DNA of 64,000 bases, taken from Felis catus (lineage: Eukaryota). Made by a program: the position numbers and the translations under genes. Below the pieces are notes generated by a model that searched no databases, was not told the origin of the DNA, and saw only the letters and a list, made by a program, of their open reading frames with translations. The stretch lies in the NCBI RefSeq assembly GCF_018350175.1, contig NC_058373.1, positions 103,170,001-103,234,000 on the forward strand, read 5' to 3'. Positions 1 to 11,464 of this stretch are shown piece after piece (position 1 is the stretch's first letter; each line of letters opens with the position of its first letter).

Positions 1-186
1 TCTTTCTTCCTAACTTCCTTCCTTCCTTCGTGACTGCCTGCTTGCTTGTTTTCTCTTTTCTTTTCTTTTCTTTTCTTTTCTTTTCTTTTCTTTTCTTTTC
101 TTTTCTTTTCTTTCTTTTCTTTTCTTTTCTCTTTTCTTTTCTTTTCTCTTTTGTTTCCTCTTTTGTTTCCTCTTTTGTTTCTTTTT

Positions 187-257
<71 letters not shown>
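1..257. repeat. Compound pyrimidine microsatellite: (CTTC)n, (CTTTT)n, (CTCTTTTGTTTC)x3, (CTTT)n
   Basis: Directly visible. It generates the low-complexity ORFs 10..294, 30..263 and 46..279. Confidence 0.95.
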
Positions 258-349
258 GAGTAGATTTCTGACTCTCTAGAAATATTAAGTACATTGAAGA
301 ATGCTGGGGAAATAGTGAGTAGTAGGTAGACTTTAATGAGACCCTTACT

Positions 350-546
350 TGGCTCAGTCGGTTAAGTGTTTGACTTCAGCTCAGGTCATGATCTTGCAGT
401 TTTTGAGTTCGAGCCCCACATCAGGCTCTGTGCTGGCAGCTTGGAACCTGGAGCCAGCTTCTGATTCTGTGTCTCCCTCTCTCTCGGCCCCTCTACTGCT
501 CACGCTCTGTCCCTCTCTGTCTCAAAAATAAACATTAAAAAAAAAA
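350..546 (+). mobile_element. Can-SINE (SINEC_Fc-type), 5'-truncated
   Basis: tggctcagtcggttaag A-box region, CT-rich tract and AATAAA/A tail. TSD gagacccttact at 338-349 and 551-562. The usual GGGGCGCCTGGG start is missing. Confidence 0.92.
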
Positions 547-894
547 GACAGAGACCCTTACTAATTCATATCCTATCCATCGGATTCAAGACAGTCCCCT
601 CTTAAAACAACAATAACAATCAAACATCAACTTTGCATATCTGATCATCTGGGATGCAAATATTGGTAAAGAATTTCTAGTAGGTTTTCTTATTGATAAA
701 ATTAGTGTTGATGTCTAAAAATGACCAATATTGATATTGATAGAAGCTTTTGCTTATAAAACACAGTGCTTTTTTTTTTTAAGCTGTTGTGTAACTACCT
801 TTTTGTTTTCCTCTAAATTTCTCCTTTTTTCTTTTCTCTTTCAAATTTCATGGTAAAATGTTAGTGAGAAATCCTGGCAAGCAGACTGAGGAAC

Positions 895-1005
895 TATATA
901 TATGTATATATGTGTATGTCTATATATGTGTATACTTATATATGTATGTGTGAAGAGGTTTATATGTATAGCTATTTGCATATAGCTATATGTCTAAATC
1001 CATAT
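895..1005. repeat. Degenerate (TA/TG)n low-complexity tract
   Basis: tatatatatgtatatatgtgtatgtctatatatgtg... Confidence 0.8.
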
Positions 1006-1261
1006 GCAAATATGGGTCTTTTCACATACTGTACAGTACTAAGAGAATTGCCAGGTAGTTAGGATGTTAGTTGGGTCATCACCTTTTTGGTGGATTAATG
1101 GAATTTCATTATTTCTTGATTCCAGCCAATGAATGTGTCATGCCACCACCCCTTGTTGTGCCCATTACGTAATTCAAAGTAGAGAAAATGACTAGTCTAA
1201 CCGTCAGGTCTTTCTTGCTATTCCTTTTAAGCCTAAGTTGGGGAAGTGTGTCTGGATTTGA

Positions 1262-1420
1262 GAGTGTAGTGGAGAGAGCATAAAGGTACAGTCAGGAGAC
1301 CGGGATTGAATCTCTGCTTTCTTGCCAACCAGCGTTGTGACTTTGGATTAGTCTTCTACCTTCTCTGTCTAAAGTGATAATGAAACATGATTGGACTAGG
1401 TGATCTTTAAGGGCCCTTCT
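1262..1420 (+). mobile_element. MIR/MIR3-like ancient SINE remnant
   Basis: agtgtagtggagagagca...gtcaggagaccgggattgaatc...tgtgactttgg...ttggactaggtgatctttaagggcccttc resembles the MIR consensus. Confidence 0.6.
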
Positions 1421-1778
1421 TGGTGTATACTCTGTAATACTGTTCCTTGGTTTAATGTGGAAAATGCATAGTTAACATTCTGTGTGTTAATTTTGAATAT
1501 TCTTAAGGTGATGGTGCTAGAATTCTAATGGGAACTGACTTTAAATAGCAGAAAAGACCAACGCTGTGATTACTTTTTTTGAAGTAGATATGTGCAAAAC
1601 AGGGTTTTTAAAAAAGGTGGTAATGGTATGCGTATATTTGGCTCATTGGTGTTTGATTATATGTTAAGACATTCAGATTTGGTACGACTTTCTGTTCCAA
1701 ACTTAAGCAAGGCAATAATGTTTTGAAATTAATCTAAATAGGCTACAAAAGCCAGCATAAGGAAGAGATAATCCGAAG

Positions 1779-1910
1779 ATAGGATTTTAGACCTGGAAGG
1801 GACTTGGGAGGTCATGGTGTGTGTTTAGCCCTTTTATTTTACTAACGAAAAAGAAACTGAGGCTCCAGAAAGGAAGGAGATTTGTTCAAGTTCACAATTG
1901 AGCTGGATCA
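1779..1910 (-). mobile_element. MIR/MIR3-like remnant
   Basis: gacctggaagggacttgggaggtcat...gaaactgaggctccagaaagg...aagttcaca resembles the reverse MIR core. Confidence 0.6.
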
Positions 1911-2179
1911 CTGCACTGCCGGGTCACTGTTTTCCCACTTCAAGGCAGACTCCAGCAGTGCTGTCAGTTTCTCAAAGCTTCAGACTTTTTGTAACTTGCA
2001 TGGGGGAAGCTGAATCCCTTTCTGGATTCAGTTTGAAGCGTGCAGCTCTCTTGCTGACTCAGGACCCATCATGGTTTTTTGGAAAAATATTGCACAGTTG
2101 AATGGATAATCTGTTTTCCCAGGCTTTATTTTTAATTTGATGCTTCACCAGATATATTTTTATTGGCTCTCCCAAACCC

Positions 2180-2522
2180 AACCAAGGGGTTTTAGGGTCC
2201 TTCAGGAAGCCCTTGAACTTGGATGGGGGCGGGATGCATCTCTATTTTCACTATAGTCAGATTGAAATTTAGCATTTCATGAGTACAGGCAACAAATAGA
2301 ACTGCTGCTAGATTTGTTATTTGGTGCATTAATACAGAACTGCATACATTATCGTCTCATAACTTAAAACTGTCTTGATAACTAAGTATAATTATTTTCA
2401 CTTGTAGTCCTTTGTATTTTATTTTATTTTATGCAATTAAACCATTTTTCTGAGAAGGGCTCAGTAGGTTTTACCAGACTGCCAAAGGGAAGTCCTTGGC
2501 ACCTAAATGGGTAAAAACCTCT
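2180..2522. mobile_element. hAT-Charlie-like DNA transposon fossil
   Basis: The end tgagaagggctcagtaggttttaccagactgccaaaggg...ggcacctaaatgggtaaaaacctct resembles Charlie-family termini. Boundaries are approximate. Confidence 0.5.
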
Positions 2523-3904
2523 ACAAATGTGTACTTCTAAACATGACTGAAAATGAAGTATTTTAGTGGAAACTGATCAAGGTTTTCAAAAGGCTAAAAG
2601 GTCAGGGATGGGTGGGGGGACCTGCCTTTTTTCCTTTGGATGGAGCAGCATTCTGTCAGATAAGACAAAGCACACTGTTGCTTGAACAGTTTATGGTCTT
2701 TGTTTTTTTAACCAAGCAGCTCCAGATTTCTATATGCTGTTTGTGTTTTAACTTTGGCACTTTGCCTTGACTACCCCTCCCTTCGGTAGTAATAAGAAAC
2801 CTTAAAATATTCCCTAATACTTTTCCTTTTCTCGTCCCCCTCTCTAATTTGGGCCCAAAGACTTCAAACGCTAGTATCCTTTATAAAGTTAAAGGTCTTT
2901 TTGTTTTTCATAAATAAAACAAAATCTTTACTGCCACTCAGCGTGTGGGGTGATCTGAAGAGCTCAGATCTGTTCGTGTGGATGGAGTGTCTAATTCTGT
3001 AGGCTATTAAGGGTCATGATGTTACTAGCTTTGGGTTGCTATATTTTGCTTTACTAACTTTAGCCTTGTTTGGAGTATGTGGCTGTCTGTGTGGTTTCTC
3101 GTCTGGCTCTCTCAGATTTATTTCTCTTTTTAACACATCCAGATTGACACCTTTGTTAGGACTTCGCATTTTTGGTTGTATTTCATCATGTGATCAATAT
3201 TTGGGGATGCTTTATATAAACAGAAATAAAACCAGGCTGATCGAGAGCCCAGCAACTTTACCAAACATATTTTGTCCAGGAGGTAAAACACAAACGCACA
3301 AAACACCAAAAAGCCAAAAACATAGCAGTTGCCGATTTTGAAGGAGACCAATATTGTCACGCTGGTGCAGTGAATTTGTATCGCTGTGCAGGGATCAGCA
3401 ACACAGCCTCCTGGAAGTAAGCGTGTGGGGCTGTGGGCTGGCTTTTGACTGGAGACAACAGCAACTTGGTGGACCTCATTGGTACCAGAGAAAAATAACT
3501 AAAAAGGAATTTTTAACGTCGTTTGCTTTAAAGAAAGGTTTCTCCTGGGGCGTGCAGAACCTATTTTATAGAGAACGGTGAGGGTAAGAATGAGTCAGTT
3601 ATTAGTTCTTACTGAGTGTATTGTCATTTCAGCTTCTGGAAAATAAAATGATACGAGCAGAAAGTGCTTCATGTTTCGTAGCTTTGTCTTAATCAGCTAT
3701 TCTCAACCACTGTCTCAAACCACCTCATTTGTGATGATCAGTTTTGAGTTATGTGTCCAGTAACTTACGGCAAGTAATAGAGTGTTGATGTTTCAAATGA
3801 CTCTGAGATGTCTCTTTAATAATGCCATTTTTTTTACCCACTTGCATTCTGATACGTTTTCTCAAATGGGAGAGAAAAGGGGTGGAGCTGCATGGGGCAA
3901 GCCA

Positions 3905-4500
3905 GGAATTTATTCATTCAACAAATATTTATTGGGTGTCTTCTCTTCCAGGCACAGGGGAGTGAGACAGGGCGATCACGTTCCCTGCCCTCGTGAACTG
4001 CTGTCTTACTCTTGTCACAGCTCCTTAGTGAACAGCCAATGCCAATATGTTGTTCATTTATTTAGCCTACGAGTATTTGAGCATCTACTCGTGTGGGATG
4101 CCGTGCTTGGCACTAGGGGATGCACTGATGAATGAGACTGGTACAGTTCCTGCTACTTTGGAGCCTGTAGTCCCGTCAGAGACATAGAAGGCAGTCTGCA
4201 GAGCAGAGGGTCACCTAACACCGTGCCGGAGGAGGAGAGCATGGCCAGGAGGAGGGAAGAGGGAAAGAATGCTCTAGGCACTGCAAACTAGGATTGGAAG
4301 ACCCAGAGGTGAAGTGTGCATGCTCCTATAAGGAAGGGGGAAAGCCCTGCGTAACCACAAAGAGTGGTTGACCGAAATCACAGGTGAGGCTGGGGGCAGG
4401 CATAAAGTCATTGGACTTAGTCAATGACTGGGTCCTTGGAAAGATTTTGGGCCTTATCCTAAGGGCATGGGAGCCGGTAGCAGGGTTTTCAGCTCCGAAA
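3905..4500 (-). mobile_element. L2 LINE 3' fragments
   Basis: The hallmark attcattcaacaaatatttattg, and a second gttcatttatt...gagcatctactcgtgtgg...ggcactagggga. Boundaries are approximate. Confidence 0.65.
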
Positions 4501-6435
4501 GGGGAGAGTGGAGAAGGCACTTTCACAAAGGGGGGATGCGGCCTTGGGAGAGGGAAAAGGAGGTGCAGGGAAGAGCGGACTCCAATGTGAGCCAGCTGGC
4601 AGCTGTTTGGGTTCTAGATTCTGGTTCCTGTCCCTTGTGAGACCCAGTTGCACCCCCTGCCCAGAGCTCTGTGTGTTTGGCTCTTCGTTCAGTGTCGAAA
4701 GTTCTGATGGGGAACCCGCACTGCCCTAGCACTGCCGCAGACCGAAGCCGGGGAGATAGAGGACACCCGGGCAGTGGGGAGCTTACCTTTTAGTGGGAGG
4801 GGTGGGCCCTGTGCAGGAGCCAGCAGACACATAGCTAAAACATGCCATTTCAGAGGGTGCTATGGGGAAAAGAAAGCGGGAGAAGGGGGAAGAGAGTGAA
4901 CAGGTTGGCGTAGGGGACTAGCAGGGTGAAGAGCTAGGGATAAGGCCCTTGGAGGCCCTTGGAGGCTGAATAATCAGCAAGGGCTTTTCTGAGAAAATAA
5001 TCCCGAGTCCTCTGAGAGCACCCACATTTTTCAATTTTCATTTACTGTTTTCTGTTTAAGCCACCCTGGGTGGGTTCCTGTCTTATAGCCAAAGCATTCC
5101 GAGTATTATATTAGCTAAGGATGCAGAGTACATAAACAGACTACCAAAGGGAAAATAGAAGTGAAAACAAATATAAGGACATGTGTCTAACATCCCTAGA
5201 CACAAATGCGGTTCAGTCCACTGTGCTGTTGCCGTGTGCCCAGACTGGTGATGGCATTCCACTAGTGTTCGTTGAAATTACCTGGCTTTCCCTTAAAGTT
5301 TGCCCCTGGAGGGCGGAGACCCCCACCTCTGCCTGCCTTGGAGTGCCAGGCACACCTTTTCAGGTGTATGCTAGGTACTTACCCGGTACCTGGAAGGAGT
5401 GGATTTCCGTGACATCTCCAGTGCCCCGCTCGCTTGGCACAGAGGAGTCCCGGGGCTCAGGGAAGGATTTTGGATTTGGAAGGAACACTGCAGTTCTGTA
5501 GCACAGCTGCACTGTGTAAACAACCCTCCCAACCGTAAGGGCCCACAATAAAGGCTCCCTGCAATACTAAACACCCACTTTACTGACATCAGATATTCCA
5601 TTTCAACTTTTGTTTGTTTCTCTTTCTGTCAGTCACCTAACAGTCATTTTGTCACCTGCAGAAAGTTCTGCCTTGAAGGGAAGCAGGCCATCTGTTCTGA
5701 TTCCCCCAGCTGCTCTGAGCTGCATTGCAGTGCGCCGTGGTGGCGTTGAAAGGCTGTGGTCATTAGTGCCTGTTAATGATGGCTGGCAGCACTATGGAAT
5801 AGAAGCCTCTCGGACGACAAACCTAATAAATATGCATCGGGGGTATTTTTCAGCGTCAGGTTTAAGACTACTGCAAGTCGTTCTTGATTGAGGTTTTATT
5901 TCCAGCCATCCACATAATGCGTCTCACTCTCAAACATTTAACTGTTCGTTCCCTGCTTTTGTGCTCACGCAGGATCTCCTTTTAGGATAAGAATCATTAT
6001 TTCAAGCTTTGTACTTCCGTTCTAATTGGTGCTAGCCTAACAAAATCCAACCAAAGCAGGCAGTTGTGTGTTTGGCTTCTGAGCTGTTGGGCTAAAACTG
6101 CTGTTTACTATTACCAGGGGCCCCTGCTCTTTTCCCATCCATACCTGGAATTCTTGTGCTTCCTGCTATGTGGTTAGAGAGCACTCTTCACAATCAGAAC
6201 TTGTGAGGGGTAAGCAGTTAGGATTTCTGGAGCACTTGACTGATAAACTGATTACCTTGAGGAGGGGCCCTTATTGCACAGGGACCATAGACACAAAAGA
6301 GTGTGTTTCACACCAGATCCCGGAAAATTACACAGACCAGGTCCGTGCGGTAGTACATTAGGTTACACTACCATTTGGGTGCTTTCGTTAGTACATGCCC
6401 ATGGATAGAATTCAGAATTGGAATCTGTACTTTTG

Positions 6436-6631
6436 TTTTTTTTGGTAAAGATTAGTCTTTATTTTTGAGAGAGAGAGAGACAGAGACAGAGAGGGAGACA
6501 CAGAATCCAAAGCAGGCTCCAGACTCTGAGCTGTCAGAACAGAGCCCGACGCAGGGTTCGAACTCAAGAACAGCGAGTTCGTGACCTGAGCCAAAGTCAG
6601 ACGCTCAACCAACTGAGCCACCCAGGCGCCC
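6436..6631 (-). mobile_element. Can-SINE
   Basis: Ends gccacccaggcgccc. Perfect 17-bp TSD tggaatctgtacttttg at 6419-6435 and 6632-6648. Confidence 0.95.
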
Positions 6632-6929
6632 TGGAATCTGTACTTTTGCTCTGTAGCAATATCTAAGGTAAACAGGAAAGTTATCGTACAGAGAGCCATG
6701 ATTTGTCAGCATGTTATGCTTTCACGTACCAGAGCTCTTTCATTTAATAAGCATTCATTTGTTTGGCCCTTTAACCTGTCCAGTGAAGCACTGTACCTAA
6801 CGGCCATGTTGTTGAGGTGGACGTTACCCTGCTTTCCCAGCCGGTCTTGTAGTCAGCTGGAGATCAGGTAAGAGAACTCAGGGTTTTGACTTCATTCCAT
6901 GCTCTTCCCCTGTTGTCTTCAAATATGGC

Positions 6930-7800
6930 CGGCAGTGGTTCCCCGTGTGTCCTTGTGTGCGTGCACTGGACCTCTCCTTCAGGAGGCCAATCCCCACCGC
7001 TCAAATCTGGGCTGGTTTGGTGATTGGCTTTGACCAGTCCACCTGAGGGAAGTGATACTTTGTGACTTGTGGATGTTGCTGTAAGGGGGTGTTGTAGCTT
7101 CCGGTTTTGTCCTGTTAGTTTGCTAGAGCTGCCATAACAAAATACCACAGACCTGGCGCCTTAAACAACAGAAGTTCGTTTCCTTGCAGTTCTGAAAGCT
7201 CGATGTCCAAGATTAAGGTGTTGGCAGGCTGGGTTTCTCCTGAGGCCTCTCTGCTTGGCCTACAGATGACCGTCTCACCCTGTGTCCTCAGATGGCCTTT
7301 TTCTCTGTGTGCCCACCCCCGATGGTCCTTCCTTTTCTTATAAAGACACCAGTCCTACTGGATTAGGGCCCACCCATATGACCTGATTTCACTTTAATTA
7401 CCTCTCTAAAGATCCTGTCTCCAAATACAGTCACATTCTGAGGTGTCCTGGGGTTAGGACTTCAACATATAAATTCAGTCTCTAATGCCCTCTTAGAAGG
7501 CAGCCTCCAGATGGAGAAGCTGATTGCCTTGCTGGGGACCGTGGCCCTGGTGGGTGAGGGATTACAAAAGGGCAGTGGGCCTGGCCAACCTTCAGCCATT
7601 CTAGCGACGCAGCTGAGGCAGCTGGCCTGGGAGTGAAGCTGTTTTAGACCCTTCAGCCCATCGGGCTGCCCAGTCCACATCACGTGGAGCAGAGATGAGC
7701 CGTTTCCACCAAGCTTTGCCCATATTAAGGAACTGCGGGTGTCAGTTGTTTTAAGCCACCGCATGTTGGGGTGACTTGTTACACAGTGGCAGACAATTCG
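6930..7800 (+). mobile_element. Old MaLR LTR (MLT1F/G/H-like), interrupted by a second MaLR LTR
   Basis: 5' part aaatctgggctgg...tggctttgaccag and 3' end ttgttttaagccac...ggggtgacttgttacacagtggcagacaa are typical of MLT1 LTRs. Confidence 0.6.
7113..7485 (-). mobile_element. MaLR solo LTR (MLT1A/B/C-like)
   Basis: ttagtttgctagagctgccataacaaaataccacagac...ttaaacaacagaag...ccaaatacagtcacattctgagg...gggttaggacttcaacatataaatt is a reverse MLT1 LTR. Confidence 0.85.
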
Positions 7801-8627
7801 GACACCACAGTACTCCGTTGCATGTGGCTCTGCTGTCAGACCTGACAGACTAATGTGAAATAACTCACTGGTCTTGTGTTTTGTTTCTGATTATTTTAAT
7901 AAGCACGATTTCAGCCTTTTGGATGAGTTATTCCAGAAATCAAGTACCGCATGGCCTGAAAATCTTAGCTAACAAAAGCATTTGTGGAATAACTTTATCA
8001 TGTGTAAGTCGTCTGTGAGTCTCCCTGCATTCGATAATCTCCATAATCAGTATTATCTCCTGAAATTCAGTGAGAGCACGGCAGGTGAAGAATGGCCCCC
8101 GCTTTGCTGAGAACCGTGCCTCTGGTACACTCGAACAGAAGTCGCTTGAACCCAGGGAGCTAATGCATGACACAGACTTTCAGGCTTTTAAAGGCCACCT
8201 GACATGAAATAATAGAACCAACAGAGATTTGAGTGGGGGAGGTAATCTATATTAGCATCCTGCAGGTACAGGGCGATGGATGGGCCCGAAGAATGTTTTC
8301 ACGCTGCAATCGGGCAGTGAAGTGACAAGGTGACGAGCTCATTTCTGTCACTTGTACCTGTCTGTGGCTGTCAGCCATAAGACGGAAGCACAGTTCCTGA
8401 AATACTTCACGTGCCTCATTCACGCTGTGGAGACCCATCATGTGCCGGGTCAGAGGCAAGCAGTGGCGAGAGATCACTCTGGCGTGCACGGTCTGGGGTG
8501 GGCCCGTGGACTTGCGACAGAAAGGGACAAAGAGTGACGGCAGCCACACTGGCAGCCACCTGTGTGGTCCTCACTCCACCACGCCTCTAGAATCCAGCAG
8601 TTACCACCTCCAAATTGAGCCCATTGC

Positions 8628-8629
<2 letters not shown>

Positions 8630-8682
<53 letters not shown>
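8630..8682. repeat. (GA)n microsatellite, about 26 units
   Basis: Directly visible perfect repeat. Confidence 0.97.
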
Positions 8683-8684
<2 letters not shown>

Positions 8685-9309
8685 CTGTAGTAGCTGACGT
8701 GAATATAACTTCGTGAATTTCCCTAAATGCTCTTTAGGGAATTTTAACGTTTGCCATGTTTTATCCGAGGGACTGAAACATGTAAAGTTCAGAGTTTTGC
8801 ATTCAAAATGTATAAACAGTGTAAAAGAAATTTAAATTTCTAAACGATCTGTTTTGTAAAAAACTGCTATAATTCTGTGGTTTTTAAAGTTTAACGCTAC
8901 GCGAAGACTTTTGGGATACCAAATATAGAGATAGATGCGTTTTACTGCATGTGTTTCCTGTACGGATCTATTTAATTAAAAATGGGAGCCCCTGTACCTA
9001 GTAGAAATGAAGCACTTATAAACATACACACTAAACGTTAAGCACTCAGTAAGGGTGAGTCGATGCTGTTGTTGTTGCTGTTTTGATGATGCTGATGATT
9101 TCATGTTGAGGAGCCCACATAAGGAAATGCCCTCCAGGGGCATACGACCCGAGGTCAAGACGAATAACTTAGCAACAAACCATACACGGTGTAGAGGAGG
9201 GGTAGATGGAGGCAGCTGTTTTTTCAGACGCACTATGTGCCAGGTTCCATTAGGTGTTTTGCTTGGTCAGTCCCAGGAATTAGATTTTATTGGTGGAAAG
9301 TGAGGCCCC

Positions 9310-9450
9310 TTGGAGGAGCCAAGATGGCGGAACAGCATGGAAGCTTTTTGTGTGTCTCGCGTCCATGAAATACAGTCAGACCCACACTAAACCATCCTGC
9401 ACACCTAGAAAACCGATTGGAAGATGAACACAACAATCTGCACAACCTGG
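9310..9450 (+). mobile_element. Isolated 5' end (5'UTR start) of a carnivore L1, with TSD but no poly(A) tail
   Basis: GGAGGAGCCAAGATGGCGGAACAGCATGGAAG... is the L1 5' terminus with the YY1-type motif at 9321-9330. Direct repeats aagtgaggcccc at 9298-9309 and 9451-9462. Confidence 0.85.
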
Positions 9451-11275
9451 AAGTGAGGCCCCGGTTCAGGTCACTCGCCTCATCAGTGGCAGGGCCTGGC
9501 TGGAAGGTGGGTCTGTACATGTTGCTCTGAAGCTTTGCTTTTTTCCTCCAGGGTGAGGTCAGAAGATATTCCCGAAAGGTTGGGAAAGATATCCTGGAGG
9601 AGGTGACCTGGGAGCAGAGCTTTGAAGGGCGACCTGAGGTTTTAGAGGGCAGTAGTAGTAAAAGCATAGGGGTGTTTGGCTAGAGGCTGAAGTGCCCGGG
9701 GAAGGAGAGAAAGTTGGAATACCATCAGCTAGTCAGCAACTACTCATGCTAGGGATCCGGTGGGCAATACCTGCGTGGTCCCTGCCTTCATGGAGCTTAT
9801 AGTCTACCACAAAAGGGGGACTTGACACAAATTAAGCCTGGCAGGGTGCAAGCAAGCACAGGGTTTCACGGGCGTGTAGGTTCAGGGGAGAAACCTTGGG
9901 TTTGTGCAGAGGGAAGGATTCCATTTAGTCTGCGATGAGGGGGGTGAGTAAGAATTAGCCAAGGGTCCTGGGGGAGAGTGGTGTGTATAAGACACATTTG
10001 GAAGCTGAGGAGCTGAGAGACATCCGGTGAGTTTGGAAATTAGGGGGTTGGAGGGCCAGAGTGACGAGATGGACATGATGGGAAGGGTGCCGTGGGCCCT
10101 GTAAAGATTCAGGCCTCCGGGGATTGGGAAGCCTTGACGTTCGGGTGGTATTCCGTGTCTTCTGAGCAGTTGCCTTAAAACTCTGAGGAAGGATTTCCAG
10201 CTGGGTCTGCATTTTCTCTTGTAGATTATTTCCCCCTCCTCTGTCTCCAAGGGACAGTGGCTTGTGCTGCGTCTAGCGATGAGAGACGGCGGTGGTGGGA
10301 TACAGTGAGCGTTCAGTCACTCAGGAGTGTGTTTGGAAAACTTGGGCAGGACCCATGCACGTTTTTGTTTCGGACCCCACTCGTCAGAGCAGATCCCAGA
10401 ACCTTTACACACTCAGCCAACTGTCCTCTGGAGCCTCGCTTTCCCTCAACGCCCAGGTGATGGCCATCCCTGTGCATCGTCTCCCCGGTGGAGGGGACCT
10501 GCAGCCCATGGCCATCCTTTCCTGGCCCCCCAGGGAGCCCTCGTGTGCCAGCCTTCCAGCGAATCACCCTCAGGGAGTAAACTGGTGCTCTTGCTTCAGG
10601 CTGTTACTGCAGCTCAGGGTCTTGGCTGTCTCCGGCTGAGCTGTGCCAGCAGCAGAAGTGGGGGGACAGCTGGGGCCAGCGTCGCCCGTGGAACAGCCCC
10701 TCTGCTGGTGTGTTGATCCTGCTGCTGGGGGCAGAGTTTTATTCTTGCAGTAGGTGCGGGCTCTCTGGTTTCTGCCCAGTGCTTGCTTTGCTCTCCCACC
10801 ACTCCCATGTCCACTTCTGCCTTGCCTTCAGGGAGCTCTGCACCTTTCGAATTGAAATGGAGGTCCCCATCAGACCTTAAAATCATCATTAAAGAGGGAG
10901 CGTCAGGATCTGAGCTCTTTCCTTTTTTTGCGCGTGGATGAGAAAATTCCGGCTGGTTCTTTCTTTGGGGGAGGTGCACAGAGCGCTGGTGCATTTGGTC
11001 GTGACAGTGATGTCTCAGTAGCCTGTGTTAAGTGGTTACTGTTAGTCGGTCCTGTGCAAAGTGCCCCTCATGCATTTAAGTTCTGACCGAGGCAGCTGCA
11101 TATTATCTATCACTCGTCATTTTATAGATGAAGAGCTTGAGCCATGCATGCTGTGAGGAGCTTGTCTTGGATCGCTGGATCGCTGTCACGTGATTCAAAC
11201 TCTAGGCTTTCTGACTCCAACACCCTTGTTCATAAATCCTGTCTCTATGTGTGTGTGTTTGTGCAGTTTTGCACC

Positions 11276-11464
11276 TTATTTATTTAGATAGTGTGTGCAC
11301 CCGCAGAGGAGGGGCAGAGAGAGAAGGAGAGAGAGAGAATCCCAAGCAGGCTCCCTGTTGCCAGCACAGAGCCTGATGGGGCGCTTGAACTCACAAACTG
11401 AGATCATGACCTGAGCTGAAATCAAGAGTTGGACACTTAACTGACTGAGTCACCCAGGTACCCC
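11276..11464 (-). mobile_element. Can-SINE (older subfamily)
   Basis: gagaatcccaagcaggctcc...gagatcatgacctgagctgaaatcaagagttggacacttaactgactgagtcacccaggtacccc. Confidence 0.9.

Noticed and set aside
10..294. Lys/Arg/Glu-rich and Phe/Ser/Leu-rich ORFs
   Set aside because: Translations of the CTTT/CTTTT microsatellite.
349..531. Recurrent ORFs of the type MAQSVKRLTSAQVMIS... and GQRETEHERGRGRERG... (also at 6412, 22930, 26888, 29806, 34893, 38956, 47696, 49095, 50780, 56814)
   Set aside because: They look like a gene family but are translations of Can-SINE copies.
4943..4966. 10-bp tandem duplication aggcccttgg (and ggatcgct x2 near 11168)
   Set aside because: Ordinary slippage duplications with no further structure.
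10257..10994. Cluster of overlapping 67-129 aa ORFs in a GC-richer patch
   Set aside because: No recognisable protein similarity or exon structure. Stop codons are scarce in GC-rich DNA, and it is not a CpG island.
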